In this document: in pieces, positions 1 through 14,152 of the stretch
Position numbering within the stretch: position 1 is the stretch's first letter
Layout: each line of letters starts with the position of its first letter
Assembly (NCBI GenBank): GCA_050084985.1
Contig: JBITNC010000002.1
Location: forward strand, 39,804,001 to 39,868,000
Source: Nageia nagi
Lineage: Eukaryota > Plantae > Pinophyta
Reading direction: 5' to 3'
Length of the DNA stretch: 64,000 bases
Translations under genes and position numbers: made by a program
The notes under the pieces: model-generated
Databases searched by the model: none
What the model was told of the DNA's origin: nothing
The model's input: only the letters and a program-made list of their open reading frames with translations

Positions 1-770
1 TCCAGCTAAGTAGGATTTAATGACCAGATCTCATGTGGCTATGTCAGTGCAAGGAAATTGCCCTGGAAGTTCAAAGACTGGGGCATGCTACCTATTCTTT
101 CGGTGATGGAAAACTATAGAACTTAATTGCTTACAGCTAAATGATTTGACTCATTATAATTGTAGGAAAAAGCTGCGAACAAACTTGATTTTGTTGCACT
201 ATCTGGGTATCATTTATTTATTTTTCCAGAGGTATTCTGTGCAGGTAGATATAGTAACTCAGCCGTGTAAGTGAAGGATTCCAGGGTGGTGGACCTGGTG
301 GTCACTTGTGCACAATGACTTCATCTTCATCAGTTTATTATTTCGCCATCAACTCTGGGCTTCTCATGCCTATAATTTCATGTATATGTCTGTTAATATG
401 CTCAAAATATCACAATGGTCACTTCAAGACTACCTTTCTGAAATGTGATTTATTGCTATGAGTCGACAAGCATATAGGTAGATAATGGAGGTTCGCTTTT
501 GTCTTTCATCAAATTTAGTAGGTTCGTACAATGAGTTACTGAAATATGGCAGGCATGATAGAAATTGTAGTACTGTAAATTGCAGCTTTGTCGGTGCACT
601 TCATGAAGATGTGAACTTTTGCCTTTTGAAAATTCTAGTCCCTTAAAAAGGTAAAATAAGAGAAATGCTTGAAGTCAATAAAACATTATGTTGAGCATTA
701 CTGAAGATCATGGAGTACATAGTGTATACATTATCAAAACAATACAGTATTTGTTTGTTTAATAATAAAT
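1..770. other. Non-repetitive, CpG-retaining segment, possibly the 3' end/3'UTR of a host gene
   Basis: Several intact CG dinucleotides and more balanced composition than the rest of the window. AATAAA near 678 and 764. No TE motif or protein recognised. Confidence 0.25.
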
Positions 771-1333
771 TTCAATTTAATCAGGATCTTTTTAATAGAA
801 AAATGGTTGAAAAATATTTATATTAGAGAATATATATAAATTACTTCCTATCAAAAAAGAGAAAAAATTGAAGGGTTAAGAGGACACATCCACATATATC
901 AACAAAAATGTCACATAGCTTTTCTAAAAATATAGGATAATAAGTTTTCAAAATGGTGAGTTTGGCCTATCTTTCAAGGCATTATTAAAATATATCCCTC
1001 AAAGTATTATTAAAACATATCCCTCGAAGCATCATCATGCAAATAACCAATTAACTAAACATATTTATTTGTTGGCACCAAAGCTTATAGCTCCCACCCA
1101 TAATTCGTAGTGAGTAACATGAGTCACCATTTCATTCTCCTCCTTTATGATTGTGCTAGAGGTGGTTGTTCATATTTAAAATTAGTCCTATAAACTAATT
1201 CATGTAAAATATGCAACAAATAATTCATAATTGAAATAATGGATAAGACACTGAAGTATCAATATTCAATGCAATAAGATAGTAATAACCTAAGATATAG
1301 AAAATAAAGACTATACATAATTAATATCTAGAT

Positions 1334-1970
1334 TATTGGATCAAACCTTATGATATAAGACTATTGAGAAAGAGATCAGAGAGGATATATCTATCACTTC
1401 ACCTAAATGATCAATTACATACTTTAGGATAAGTTTCTTTGAGTAGTAAGATCCTATGTGTGAAATATCTATGCAATGTAGCTAGATAGCCCACCATAGT
1501 CACTAGGTTCAATAGATCAATGCTAGTCAACTTATGGATCAAGCCTCTCAACCAATATCTATAGCAATGTATGAAAGTGACAAGCTTAACCTAACATAAA
1601 GTAGCGCATAAATGAATGATAAGACCTTGTATGATAATAAGGATTTCAATCTCAATAGGAAATGTTTAAGAACACCTAACAAGTGTACATTTGACCCCTT
1701 TAAGACAAAGATATAATAATAATCACATATGAGGATTTCTCCTTTTTTATAAGCAAGAAAACCACCAAGATTCATTTCTAGAATACAACATTAACATCAT
1801 CGGCCCTTACATAACAAAAGAGAGAAATAATATGATATACTACTTAAATTGGCCATAATGATTATAAAGTAAAATATATAATTAAAATAATATATATTAT
1901 CAATTAAATAATAAGACAACTAATTTAGGATAAAGGTATCAAAATAAGGTATCAACAATTACCCCCTTTG
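1334..1970 (-). mobile_element. LTR remnant (3' LTR plus polypurine tract) of an old retroelement
   Basis: Minus strand reads CAAAGGGGGTAAT-TGTTGATACC at 1970-1948, i.e. a PPT followed by a TG start. Left boundary is a guess. Confidence 0.35.
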
Positions 1971-2599
1971 CAAGTTTAATGAAATGAATATGTAATTACG
2001 CTTGCAAAGGAAGAAATGATAGAATAATCCTCAAATGCTTGCAAAGCTTTTGAAATTCAAAATTTGGATGATATTTTTTGCTCCCTCTTTGCTTTGGTTT
2101 TTGCAATGATAATCTTTACCACAAAATGGAAGAATTCAATGTAAAGAACCTATAAAATAAATAAAAAATAACATTTCCAAGAAGCATAGACATTCATGTT
2201 GTAAATATATATCATAATTAATAGGATAAAAGATGAAACAAATATAATATAAAAGGATAGTAATGATAGCATTTTTATGCTCAATCTCATATGGTGATGG
2301 TTAATTCAAAATTCAACCAAAAAAGGTATGATGATTAATTTAACTCTCAACCAATAAAGGTATGAGGATAACATAGAATAGAAAGGATATTGATAATTAT
2401 AATAGATTTTACCATTGCAAGTACCCATATCCCTGGGTACCATCAAGATGATAGTAAGGATTGAAACATGAGTAATCTAAATAGAAAACATAGCATCAAG
2501 GATAGTATAAACATTCCATTTAATGCATAATCATAAATATTTATAACAATTAATGGTATTTACATAGATATCCATAGTAGTATACATGAACATCAAAGG

Positions 2600-4110
2600 T
2601 GTAATATCCCCATTTTTATGGTATTTTTCCCATCACCACTATAAAATGGGAACATTTAGCTTAGGAGTATTTTATTTAATCTTGATATTTTGATGATATT
2701 TTATACCTTTAATTGTAAGTTCCACTTGGAGATTAATTAATTACTCAAATTATGGGACATTGGACCTATTTTTAATGCATTAGGAGGATTTTATATTTTA
2801 ATATGCCAATAATGATGTAATTTAAATACTACGAAAATTATTAATTATAAATGTAATACTAGTCATCTAATTTGCGACATTGCATATATTAAGCCTTGAT
2901 GATTGTAATATTGTCATTTAATGGGCCTCTTTGGTAATATTGCTCCCTTTTTGAGCTAGAACATGATACGAAGGTGATTCCACCTATTACGAGGCATTAG
3001 AAGACTCCATACATGGATATTAGGAGTGAGGAAGAGGATTAGACCATTGATATGCAAATTTGGGCATCCCAAGATACCCACGTATCCCTTGGAGGCTATT
3101 AGCTTGAATTTGATGAGACCTAGGTGCATGAAGGATTTCATAAGCCAACGTTGGCATTCTTGGTCCTTAGATGTGATTACTCTCATCTTGAGGCATCTCA
3201 ATCTTGTATGTGGGATATGAAAGAACACGGATCACCCCTAAACATCATTGGATGAGATTACATCAATCCCAACACATGATTAGAATATGAAGCTACCTCT
3301 CACTATATAAGAAGAATTCTTGAAAGGCAAACACATCTAATAATTATTATACTTTTTTATTCTTGGCTTGGGAATTGCTCTTCCTTGATTTCATTCTTCA
3401 AGGTTAGATACCTATTGTAGGACATAAAGCAGGACTTACATGGGCATACACTTGGCGGTAGGTGCAGACTAAGTTGTTAGCTAGCTATTTAGGGAGTGTT
3501 GGTATTACCACTAGATTAGTAGAACACTGCTAGTGGATCTTAGAGATTCCACCATAGCTGTTGAAGGAGGAAGCCCTAGTGCAAGCCTTACCACACTATG
3601 AATTTAGTCTTTAATACTAAAGCATTGTAATTGAGAACTCTATTTCTTATCAATAAACATTACATTGTTGTCTCATTACTTTACTATTTTGCATGCTCTT
3701 TTACTGCATCCGGCTTCCCATTCTTAAATATTAAATCTATGGAATAATTTGGTAATTTTGTGAGTAACTAGTACCATCACTTTAGACATTGGTATTATGG
3801 ATGATTATTAATTATATAATATGATATTATTACTCTCATAAATTGGATGTTGAGTACTTGGCATTATTGAGGGTTTGATATTGCATATTATCACTCTATA
3901 ACTAGATGCTAGATATTTTGTGAATTGTTGAGTTCATCTTGCCATTAGAGGTATGATGTTGGCTCATGGGGAGCATTTACCCCATATTTGAGGCTTAGAG
4001 TTTTACATCCCTCTCCTAGGGATACTTTATCTATTTTTGATTATTATTTTTATTCCTAAAAATTGAGGATTTACATAGGAATAAAGTGATCCCATTTTAG
4101 GATTGTCATA
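2600..4110 (+). repeat. 5' LTR of the gypsy element
   Basis: Segment 3770-4110 aligns with 9245-9556. Followed immediately by the PBS. Confidence 0.8.
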
Positions 4111-4111
4111 A

Positions 4112-4124
4112 TGGTATCAAAACC
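4112..4124 (+). promoter_or_regulatory. Primer-binding site (tRNA-iMet type)
   Basis: TGGTATCAAAACC, a variant of TGGTATCAGAGC, just after the LTR end. Confidence 0.8.
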
Positions 4125-6046
4125 TTGATTTTACCAACTTATAAAATTAAGGATTTTAAGAAAATATTTTGACAATCAGATCTAGTTGAGAGAATGGGTC
4201 ATTTCTATTTTAAATCTTCAACTTTATGATTTTGAGCATCAAATTTTAATTATGGGTATCTTGAAAGGCTACATTGGAGCTTAGGGCATCAAAGTGGTAG
4301 ATCTAGTAGTCTAGAAGATAAACATTGGAATCTTGACACTAGATCTCACCTTTGGAGAATATCAAATTATTGCTCTTAAGGAGGATATTTAGTTTGAAGA
4401 GTGATTAATTTTAAATTTCTATAAGTAAAGGGTTCATTTCAATTGGATATGAGATTTATGAGTATAGAAGGAGCTTAGAGGCCCTATATTGGCATAAAAC
4501 CCCTTCAAAAGGATCATTCATTAATTTTGAATCCTATTTAGGAGTCTAGAGAACATCTACGATGAGTAACCCTTACCCACCATATATGACCAAGAAAATA
4601 ATGCCTCATCATAAGTATATTCAATATGTAAGAGGCCTACCTCTTCATGACTACATTCACCATGTAATAGACAAAAGGCCTCCTTGAAAAGCAACTTTAA
4701 CCATGCTAATGGGGAAATAAAAGTATATTACACTCAAAGTGAAAAGAAGAATCCATAAACGTGAGATCATAGCACTTGTAGATAGAGGAGCCACCCACAA
4801 CTTTATAGACCTATCATTTATAGAGGAGGAAGGGATCAAAACTGAAGGTATTGAATGATTTTAGGTTGCAATAGGTAACAAGGAAGAGGATACTTGATAA
4901 AGAATGGTAAAGGAATTTGGCAATTTAATTAGGAAATCATAATATCACTAAATATTTCTATGTTTTATCAATGGGAAAAATTCCATCGATAGTATCATGA
5001 GTACGATGGTTGTACAAAGTAGGAGACATCACTTTTAATCATAAGATGCTTCAAATGAAATTTAAAATAGGAGGATGACCAATTATATTAAGATAAATTA
5101 GGGAACTACAGGAGGTATCAACAAAAAGGATAGGTAAAATAATTAAGAAAAGCAACATACTATGGGGAGTCAATATTCGAGTCATTAAGGGACTGCCCTT
5201 ATCTAAATCCAAAGTGAGAATAATCCATCACTCTAACATGCAAAGGATCCTAAATACACACATAGAGGTTTTTAGTGAGATGCAAAGTGGTATACCTCCC
5301 AATAGTGGATTCCATCATAACATTGAACTTGAACTAGGATCTAAGCCTTTTATCATTACTCCTTACCGACATCCATGTACATATAAAGATGAGATTGAGA
5401 AAACTATCAAGGAACTTCTAGAAATGAGATACATATGCCCCAATACAAGTTCATTTGCTTCATTAGTACTGTTGGTTAAAAAGGACATAACAAGGATGAT
5501 GTGCATTGATTATAGGTCCTTAAACAAGAGAACTATAAAAAATAGATACCCAATACCTTGAGTAGACAAGCTTATCAATGAACTCCATGATGAAAAATAC
5601 TTATCAAAAATAGACTTGAGAAAGAAGAACATGTTCATAAAACAACTTTATGATATCACTATGACCGCTATGAGTTCTTGTTCATATCATTTGTACTAAC
5701 AAATGCATTCACAACCTTTCAAGCTACTATGAATTACAGTTTTTGTAAACAAATTTGAAAATATGTATTAGTATTTTTTGATGATATATTGATATATAGT
5801 CAAAATTGGAGGAGCTCCTTTAATACTTAGACACTATCCTTGGTATCTTGAAATAACAATAATTCTACACTAAGGAATTTAAGTATGATTTTGGGTCGAC
5901 ATAAATCCTATACTTGGGTCACAAAATCAGTGAGGAAGGCGTCCGAGTAGATTTGTAGAAAACCACAATAATCCAACAATGGGAAACTCCATTTACCTTA
6001 ATAGAATTAAGAGGATATTTGGGACTCAACTTTTACTATAGAAGAT

Positions 6047-7494
6047 CAGGGTTCATTTTAAGAGCCCTTCCTCAAAAGTAACTTGGAAACTTTTTGGTGA
6101 ATCGGATTCCTAGGTAAGGCGATTTTAAAAAATTGGAAAACTTAAAAAGGCAAATTTGAAGCTAAAAAAAGCCATATAGATCTTTTTGGCAAATTTAAAG
6201 AGTTTTGTTATAGTATGCTACTAGGTGGTGGCAATATGGCATCTACTACTGGATGGCAAAAGTATGCTATTAGGCAATAATAGTTTGCTATCATGATGTG
6301 AATTCAACTATAAGAGATCAACAAAATGGACTCTAATCACATAATATAAATGTAATATAATGGAATAAACCTACAAAATGATACTATTCTCATTACTAAA
6401 TTAACACTACATCTTCAAGAGAATACAATCCATCATATAGAAACCAAAAAACCAAAGAAATCCTAAAGTAACCCTAAAAATGTCTTTTTTTAAAAATAGC
6501 TAAAAATAAAAATGAGTTGAATTGCATCCAAAATTGTCATGTGCATCCCTCTTACAATAATAAGCTTTAATTTAAAATATCAAGACTCAACTTAATGTAT
6601 AAAAAAATATATTAAAGTTCTAACATACAAAAAAGCCTAAAAATCTTGAGAACATAAAGCAAAAGCTAATTTTGGGATGCTAGATGGAGGAGTTAGGTCC
6701 CAAAAATATGATTTTTGGAGGGTTTTTTATAATAGAGTTACACATGCATATGGAGCCATATTTTAAATTTCAAGGTAAAAGAACATCATGATCAAAAGTT
6801 ATGGCTCTAGAAAGGTGCATCATACCGAGTGGTAGTAGGAAGTCTATTATCGGGCGACAACAATATGCCCTTGGGTGGTAGCAGTATGCTATCAAGAGGT
6901 AGCAGTAGGTAATAGAATGCCATTGGATGGTAGTAGGATGCCATCGGGTGGTAGGAGGATGCTACTAAGTGGTAACAATTTGCTACCATTCGAAGGCAGA
7001 ATGTTATCATTCTAAAGCGAAATGCTATCATTTGAAGGTAAAATGCTACCATTCGAAGGAAAAAATGCTACTATTTGAAGGTAGAATGCCATTGTTAAAA
7101 TATATAATGCTACCATCCAAAGGAAGACTACTCCCATATTTAAAATATGCTTTATTGATACGCTTGCTCAAAGGAGATCCAGGAGAAAATAACAATGGAT
7201 GTATCAAATTTATTATTTAAAGTAAGGTATTTATATGGGGCAATATAATCAAAATATAAATAATAATTTTTAATTTTAAGGTGAATTTGGCTATTTATTA
7301 TTTCAAACTATTGGTGATTTAATAAAAATTTAATTTAAAATTTAAATTTGACTTGGCAACCTAACCCAAAAAAAAAATTATAAATTTTTTTAGTGACATG
7401 GGTATTGTTCTAACCTAAAAAATTCACCATTTTCCATTTTTAGAATTACCAAAATTTACTTATTAGTGAAGATTCATGGCTAAAATGATCCCTG
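6047..7494. mobile_element. Non-autonomous hAT DNA transposon (1448 bp)
   Basis: TIRs CAGGGTTCATTTTA and TAAAATGATCCCTG. 8-bp TSD TAGAAGAT (6039-6046) / CAGAAGAT (7495-7502). Removing it restores the pol motif FYYRRFIKGFSQL. Confidence 0.9.
6820..7125. repeat. ~21-bp tandem repeats inside the hAT element
   Basis: Units like TGCTACCATTCGAAGGCAGAA and TGCCATCGGGTGGTAGGAGGA, with related copies at ~6215-6295. These explain the CYHSKA-type ORFs in the track. Confidence 0.75.
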
Positions 7495-9244
7495 CAGAAG
7501 ATTCATTAAAGGATTCTCCCAACTATTTGTACCTTTGATTGATATCACCAAAAAGGGAGTCTTTATTGAAGATGAGGAAGCCCAAACAACCTTTGAAAAA
7601 TTGAAGCAAGTAATGAATTATTTCCCCCTTCTAGTAACCCTTGATTTTACCAAACCATTCATAGTGGAATGTGATGCATTAGGGTTTGGAATATGAGCTA
7701 TTCTCATACAAAATGGATATCCAATCTCTTTTAAAAGCAAGAAAATTGATAAGATAAAAAAATATATGGAATTTATGATAAAGAAATGTTGGCAATAATT
7801 CACACTTTATCTAAATTAAGGCAATATTTAGTTTGTGGATGATTCATGGTCAATACCAACCATAATAACTTAAAGCACTTTTTGGGGCAATGATACTTGA
7901 GTGACAAACAATAGAGATGGATCACCATGTTATAAGCATATATATTCGATATTGAGTATATTAAAGGAAAGAATAATACAATAGTTGACACACTTTCATG
8001 ATCATCTCCCTTCCACTTTCTATCCATCATCGATAACGATTGGAGAAAATATATCATAGCTACATACACCAAGGATAACTTTGCTTAGAAAATTATGGAT
8101 GAAGAAGCATCTAATAAAGCATGTGGGTAATTAATCCTCTACAAAGGAAGAATTTATTTTACTCCAAATTCTAAACTCAAAGAGAAAGTGTTATCAGATA
8201 AACATAAAGCACCCCTTTTGGGACATCCCAAATTCTATAAAACTTATAGAGCTATAAGAGAAATGTTTGCATGGAAAGGAATAAAATAGGATGTTTGGAA
8301 ATACATCAAATAATGCCCCACTTATTAGGAAAATAAGATTGAAAAATCCACCCAACATGTCTACTCCAGCCCTTACCCATTCCTAATAAAAAAATGGGAA
8401 AGCATCTCGATGGATTTTATCACCGACATACCCAATGTTCAAGGAAAGAATTGCATATACATAGTAGTAGATAGACTGACTAAATATAGATACTTTTTCG
8501 CCTTACTTTTCACATTCACTACAACCCAAGTCATTGATATTATTCAAAGAAATATTTAGGCTCCATGGGTTTCCAAAAAGTATTGTTAGCAATTATGATA
8601 GTAAATTCATGAGTTCATTTTGGCATGAGATATTTAGGCTAGCTAACATGCAATTGACACCTAGTACCAACTACCATCCCAAAACAAATGGAAAAATAAA
8701 AATTACCAACAAATGGTTGGAAGGGTACCTAATGAATTATTTCTCAAACCAATAGAATGCTTGGGTAAAATGGATACACTTAGGAGAATACTGATATAAC
8801 ATCATCTACCATATGTCCATAAAAATATCTCTATTTGAAGCACTTTACAGATATGAGGCTCCCCATTTTATGGATGTGTCCCTTGGTAAGAGCAAGATTT
8901 TGAAATACCATGAATTTATTCAAGAATATCAAGATATATTATGGGATCTAAAAGAGAATATCCAATAATTGTAAAATCAATAAAAGAGGTATGCAGACCA
9001 ACTTCAAACCAAAATAATATTTGAGGAAGGTGACATGGTATATGCACATCTCCAACCCTATAGGAAATATACTCAAAAATATTGATGTGGACAAACTAAA
9101 ATCCATATTCTATGGGCCATATAAGGTGTTACGATAGATTGAGTAAATCTCTTACGAATTATAACTACCTTCACAAAGTAGGATCCACAACATTTTCCAT
9201 GTCTCTTATCTCAAAAAGGTACTAGGTCAACACATAGCTTAGCA

Positions 9245-9556
9245 TGTATCATCACTTTATACATTGATATTATGGATTATTATTAATTATTGGATGTTGA
9301 ATACTTAACATTATTGAGGGTTTGATATTGCATATTCTCATTCCATAACTAAACATTGGATATTTTGTGAATTGTTGAGTTGATATTACCATTAGAGGTG
9401 TGACATTGGTTCCTAGGGAGCATTTTAGCTAGATTTAAGGCTCAAAGTGTGACATACCTCTCATAGGATACTTTGCCTATTTTTTATTATTATTTTTATT
9501 CCTAAAAATTGAGGATTTGCGCAAGACTAGAGTGATCCTATTTTAGGCTCATCAAA
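9245..9556 (+). repeat. 5'-truncated 3' LTR of the gypsy element
   Basis: Aligns to 3770-4110. The PPT and most of the LTR have been deleted. Confidence 0.85.
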
Positions 9557-10129
9557 AAAGGATACGATTTAGAAGAATTCCCATTTAAGATACTTGAGGG
9601 CATGTCTCATGTCTTTTCTTTCTTGATATATATAAAAGTTTGACTAGAGGTCCAACACTAATATTATAATTTCTAAGACTTTTCCTTTGAGATTCATACC
9701 CCTATCCTTATTTATCTAGTGAATCTAAAATATACTGAACTTCTTATCTAGGCCTATGATTTGATATCAAGGTAATTGATTATCTAAGATCAATTTTGTA
9801 CATTCTATTTTGTACCAATCTAAACCTTGTTCCATTCCTATCCATTATTTTTAATATTCTAAATAATATTTATCTAATTAGGTTTATCTTGCAAATTTTA
9901 TTCTATACTAAAATTATAATTGAGTGTTGTTGTTAAACTTAATATTGACACTAATGAAGTGCATTGTTGAAAGTTTACGATTTAAAATTGAAGGCAATGT
10001 ATCTTCTTGTAGTGGAGATATCAATTATGTGAAAACATTAACTTTTTTATGCCTAGAATTGAAATTATACTATTCAGCTTGAAATGTGTACCATATAATT
10101 TCTTATAAAATTCTTAAGAAGAATGAGGA

Positions 10130-10490
10130 AAAAGCACCTCCTTTTAAGGAAATGAGAAGAGGGGTTACCAAGTAATTCCTATACTAGGTTCCACTTATCA
10201 TATGCAAGATTGTGATATGTATCTCTATCCTCATAAGGAAAAATCTATAATTAAGTTCTAATATTCTCTGAAATAGGAGTTACAAGTTGTAGAATAATAC
10301 AAAAGAAAAAATACAAAAAAATATAATATATACTAAGGATTAACTTTACACCTAAGTAAATATTAATAATTCTAACACCCCCCTTTAAGCTTTACTTATG
10401 GGTATTTGCAAAGATGCAAAGTGTCAAGAAAAGATTACAAATCCAATATCCCCCTTTAAGCTTTACTTGGTGATTTGACAAAGATACAAT
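10130..10490 (-). mobile_element. LTR/PPT remnant with duplicated PPT
   Basis: Two copies of (AACA/ATAT)CCCCCTTTAAGCTTTACTT at ~10374 and ~10446. Minus strand reads AAAGGGGGG-TGTTAG. Left limit uncertain. Confidence 0.4.
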
Positions 10491-13400
10491 AATTTGATGT
10501 CAAAAATATAGCTTGAAGATGCACTTGAGGTATTGAAGAAGTGGTAACCATAAATTTTAAGAGATATAAAGTCCATATAAATTATCCATGAGTCCATATA
10601 GAAGGTTCACTTAAGCTCTACCATAATGACTCCTAATAAAATAAGATAATAAGTTCCAAGACTAGACTCCCAAGGTAACAATGGCCATGTAGACGATCAG
10701 TCAAATAAGATCTCCAAATATAAATAAAGGAAGGTGTATAAAGAAGTAAAGATTTAGTATAATGATACCCATAGGTTTCTTTAAACCTTGAATTGGATGA
10801 TCATACGGTCTCCAAATAACCTGCCAAAAAAATAAGTCTCATAGGCAATAATAATAATCCATCAAGAGCAATATAGGCTCAAAAGAAGAAGGTATGGTCA
10901 TAATAAATCCATCAATCTATTCTTAAATAAAGGGGTCAAGTGGTATATTTCACCATTATATCAATAATTATTATCATTTAAAATACCTTAAAGTACTGAT
11001 TAAAATCATCAAAAGCAAAAGTGCTAATTAAATATGCACATTAAAAGTATCTAATTATTCAAGTTGTACATAATTGCCTCAAAGTATGCAAAAGGTTGTT
11101 AAAAATATAGTTAAGGAACATACAATTATGGCACTAAAAAAATCTTTTAAGGTCAAGAATAAATGTCATAAAATATGTTGCAAACAAAATAAGGACCCAT
11201 ATGAATTAGTCAACAAAATATTTATTAAGGTTGATCAATAATATGCCATTGCAAATAAATTAAAAAAATATATACAAATGAATTATGGGAAGTGATGTCA
11301 AAATTGTATATGAGTGATCAAGTCATGCAAATTTTGATCACAAATCCCAAAGAATGATCTAAGGAGCTTGGGTCTTAGAATCATTCACATACCAATTTGA
11401 AGAATCAAATTAAACTCTTTTATCATAGTAAATATAATATCATTAATTATCATTTAAGCACAAATTTAAGATCATAATAAAGATACTTCTTAAAGATTTA
11501 ATTTTGTAAAGAAATGATCTTAAAAATAAATAAAAATTAAATAAATAGCATATTAGGGTCTAGTAAATACCCTTTTTAATATAGTAAATCCTTATTCATG
11601 TTTGTAACATGTTATGAATGAGCATGATGTGTTATTGTTATCATATATTAGGTAACATATGTAGTGTGATTCAAATTCCCCATATGCTTGTTATTATTGT
11701 TCATTATTCCATATTGGATAAAAAATATGCATTATTGATATTGGATCACTTGGTATGAATGTGGTAGTCATATCAATTTATGAACATTTTGAATGTGGAA
11801 AATTCAATATCAAGTTATCTTGAAAAAACTGATTTAATCTTGCAAGACCTATGAAGGATTTGTTCTTTTACTAAATTTATTGGGTTTGAAGCTAGTACTT
11901 TAGAGAAGTGGTAGAGTTGTGTAGACCTTATGAATCCTTCAAGATAATTTTTATACTTGGAATCAATTGATTGGGAGAATCAAAGATTGTTGTAGAGGCT
12001 AAAATGACATTAAGGATATTGTAAATTCAGACCTTGGTGTGTTATTTGGTTTCTTCATTTATGATTAATTGATATGAAGGTTGGATTAAAAATTCTAATT
12101 ATATGATTAATGATGGAAAAAATTGTAGAAAATTATTAAGAGGTTAAAAGAGAGAATAGGTAATCAACCAAGAGGATGTAAAGTTATAGAAGCTATTGAA
12201 ATAGATTTTCTTGAGACTGTAACACTTGTAATTCTCTTATGAACCATTCATTAATTGAGAATGAGATTGGATATGCTAAACTAGCCTATATTAGGTGAAC
12301 TGAGGTAAAATATTCTTGTTCCATTTATATGTATGTATTTCTTTTACTAGTTATATTTTCAATAATGGAGAACAATAATAAGGCATACAATAGGAGAATG
12401 AAAAATATAAATACTACTATATATGTTGTGTTGGTTGTATTTTTTGATGCATTTTCATAATCAGTAGTTTATGCAATAATTTAAAAAAATGAGGTAAATA
12501 TCTATTAGTCAAGATGTTAAACTAGACTAGCATGGACATTGAGCTTAACACTAACACTAGCTCTAGAACTGACATTGGGTAAATGATAAATTTGAATTTG
12601 TATCAAGGAATAAATGCATTTTTTTCAAAATTTGTATTTTATGTTTTCTTGTAAGTTATAAGCTTTAGAAAGTTACAAATTAGATCTTCATGTGCTTGCA
12701 AATGACTATAAGGGCCTTCAATTGACTAACTATGTGTTGTTGCAAGTGGTTGCAAGCAACTATCTACCACTTCTTATCTTCATCAAAAATATTGAAGATC
12801 ATAATATCCACCAAATTCATCAAGATTATGTTCCAATTTCTTATTATTTCTATAATATTCATCAATAAATCAATCTTTCCAACTATACATAATAAATACT
12901 AAATTTGCCATAAAAAATGGATAAAGTATGAAGTGATTAAGTAAAATGAATGTGAATAGGTGGAAAGAATGGATGTAAAAATGGAAATTTCATGGACTTA
13001 TCATTCCCCAACTCAAAGATATTATATGTCGTCATACAAGTATTTACAAAATTTCTTCTATGCATCAGGTGATTCAATTATTATTATTATTATTATTTTG
13101 AATTCTTTTTAGATAACACTTGATGCACATACTATGGTTGAATGAATGATGTTAATTTCTCTTATATTTTTATCCACTTTATCATATGTGAATGTAAATT
13201 AATGGATGAGAATCCTACACATAAAGGGAGGATGATGAAACAAGCTATTGTATTTCCCCCTACTAAAAAATGTGGGTGTCCTACACACATTGAGAGAGAT
13301 TAAAGATTAATGGATAGTGGAGGTAGGAGAAGGAAATGGTGGGTGATAGAAATGTGAGATTATATTGGAATGGAGGATTTAAAATGGTATAAGAATTATT

Positions 13401-14116
13401 GAAAATAAAATAGAGATTATGTAATGTGAGAAAAATAGTGGAAAATTTATTAAATATCATGCAAGTGGAAGTGATAAAATTGAAAAATATAAGAAAAAAG
13501 GAAAGTTAAAACATATATTGATTAATTATGAGAATTTTACTCAAATAATAGTAATGGATGAAGATAACCAACACTTTAATTCCTTCAATCTCATTTTTTG
13601 GCATTCAATCCAACTCAACATTAAGATTTATTCCTTCTTTTTAGTTGATGCAAGATTGCTCATTCACATAAGATGCTCTTGCATCATATATATAGGTAAT
13701 CTATTATTTAGTAATGCCCAAAAGGGTTTTCAATACTAATTTTATTTTATAGTGTGTTGGAGATTGGAAATCAATATCATATCATATTGAAATAACTTCA
13801 CTACACTAGAAAGGGCTTATGGGGTCACTATAAATTGCCATATTATATATTTACCAATGATTATCCCATCCTTGTTTATGTCGGTGCCACCCAAAATTGA
13901 TTATACATAGATGATTAACTCATAAACTTTTATGAAAATGTGGAGGTTATTAGCTATCACTAAAAAAATAATAATGTGACAATTAATCACTACCATATGA
14001 AACTTTTGACACTCTTATTTAAGGGGCGAATAAAATTACCATAATTTAGAGGCATTAATGTGAGGTGGTTTAAAACCAATATAAAATGAATTAATAAATA
14101 TAAAAAGGGTATAACT

Positions 14117-14152
14117 TGGAAGCATTCTCCCATTGGTGGTAGAATGCTTCCA
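14117..14152. repeat. 36-bp near-perfect palindrome
   Basis: TGGAAGCATTCT-CCCATTGGTGGT-AGAATGCTTCCA, with 12-bp perfect arms. Confidence 0.85.

Larger units (their letters stand above)
4700..9235 (+). pseudogene. gypsy pol pseudogene (PR, RT, RNase H, IN); gag largely deleted; interrupted by hAT
   Basis: ALVDRGATHNFID (protease); ORF 5214-5561 ...MCIDYRSLNKRTIKNRYPIP; VFFDDILIYS; FIVECDALG...YDKEMLAI; ISMDFIT...VVDRLTK; ORF 8534-8755 RLHGFPKSIVS...STNYHPKTNG; IHNIFHVSYLKK. Many stops and frameshifts. Confidence 0.92.
2600..9556 (+). mobile_element. Degenerate Ty3/gypsy LTR retrotransposon
   Basis: Starts TGTAATATCCCC. 5-bp TSD AAAGG at 2595-2599 and 9557-9561. PBS after the 5' LTR, PR-RT-RH-INT remnants, and matching LTR 3' ends. 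Confidence 0.9.

Noticed and set aside
13-126. Short open frames at the window start (e.g. GFNDQISCGYVSARKLPWKFKDWG...)
   Set aside because: Under 40 codons, no recognisable family and no convincing splice context.
6807-7220. Repeat proteins (CYHSKA..., YHPMA...)
   Set aside because: By-products of the 21-bp array inside the hAT element.
11600-13750. Possible further LTR fragments and ORF 13518-13739
   Set aside because: No partner repeat, PBS, PPT, TSD or protein motif could be established.
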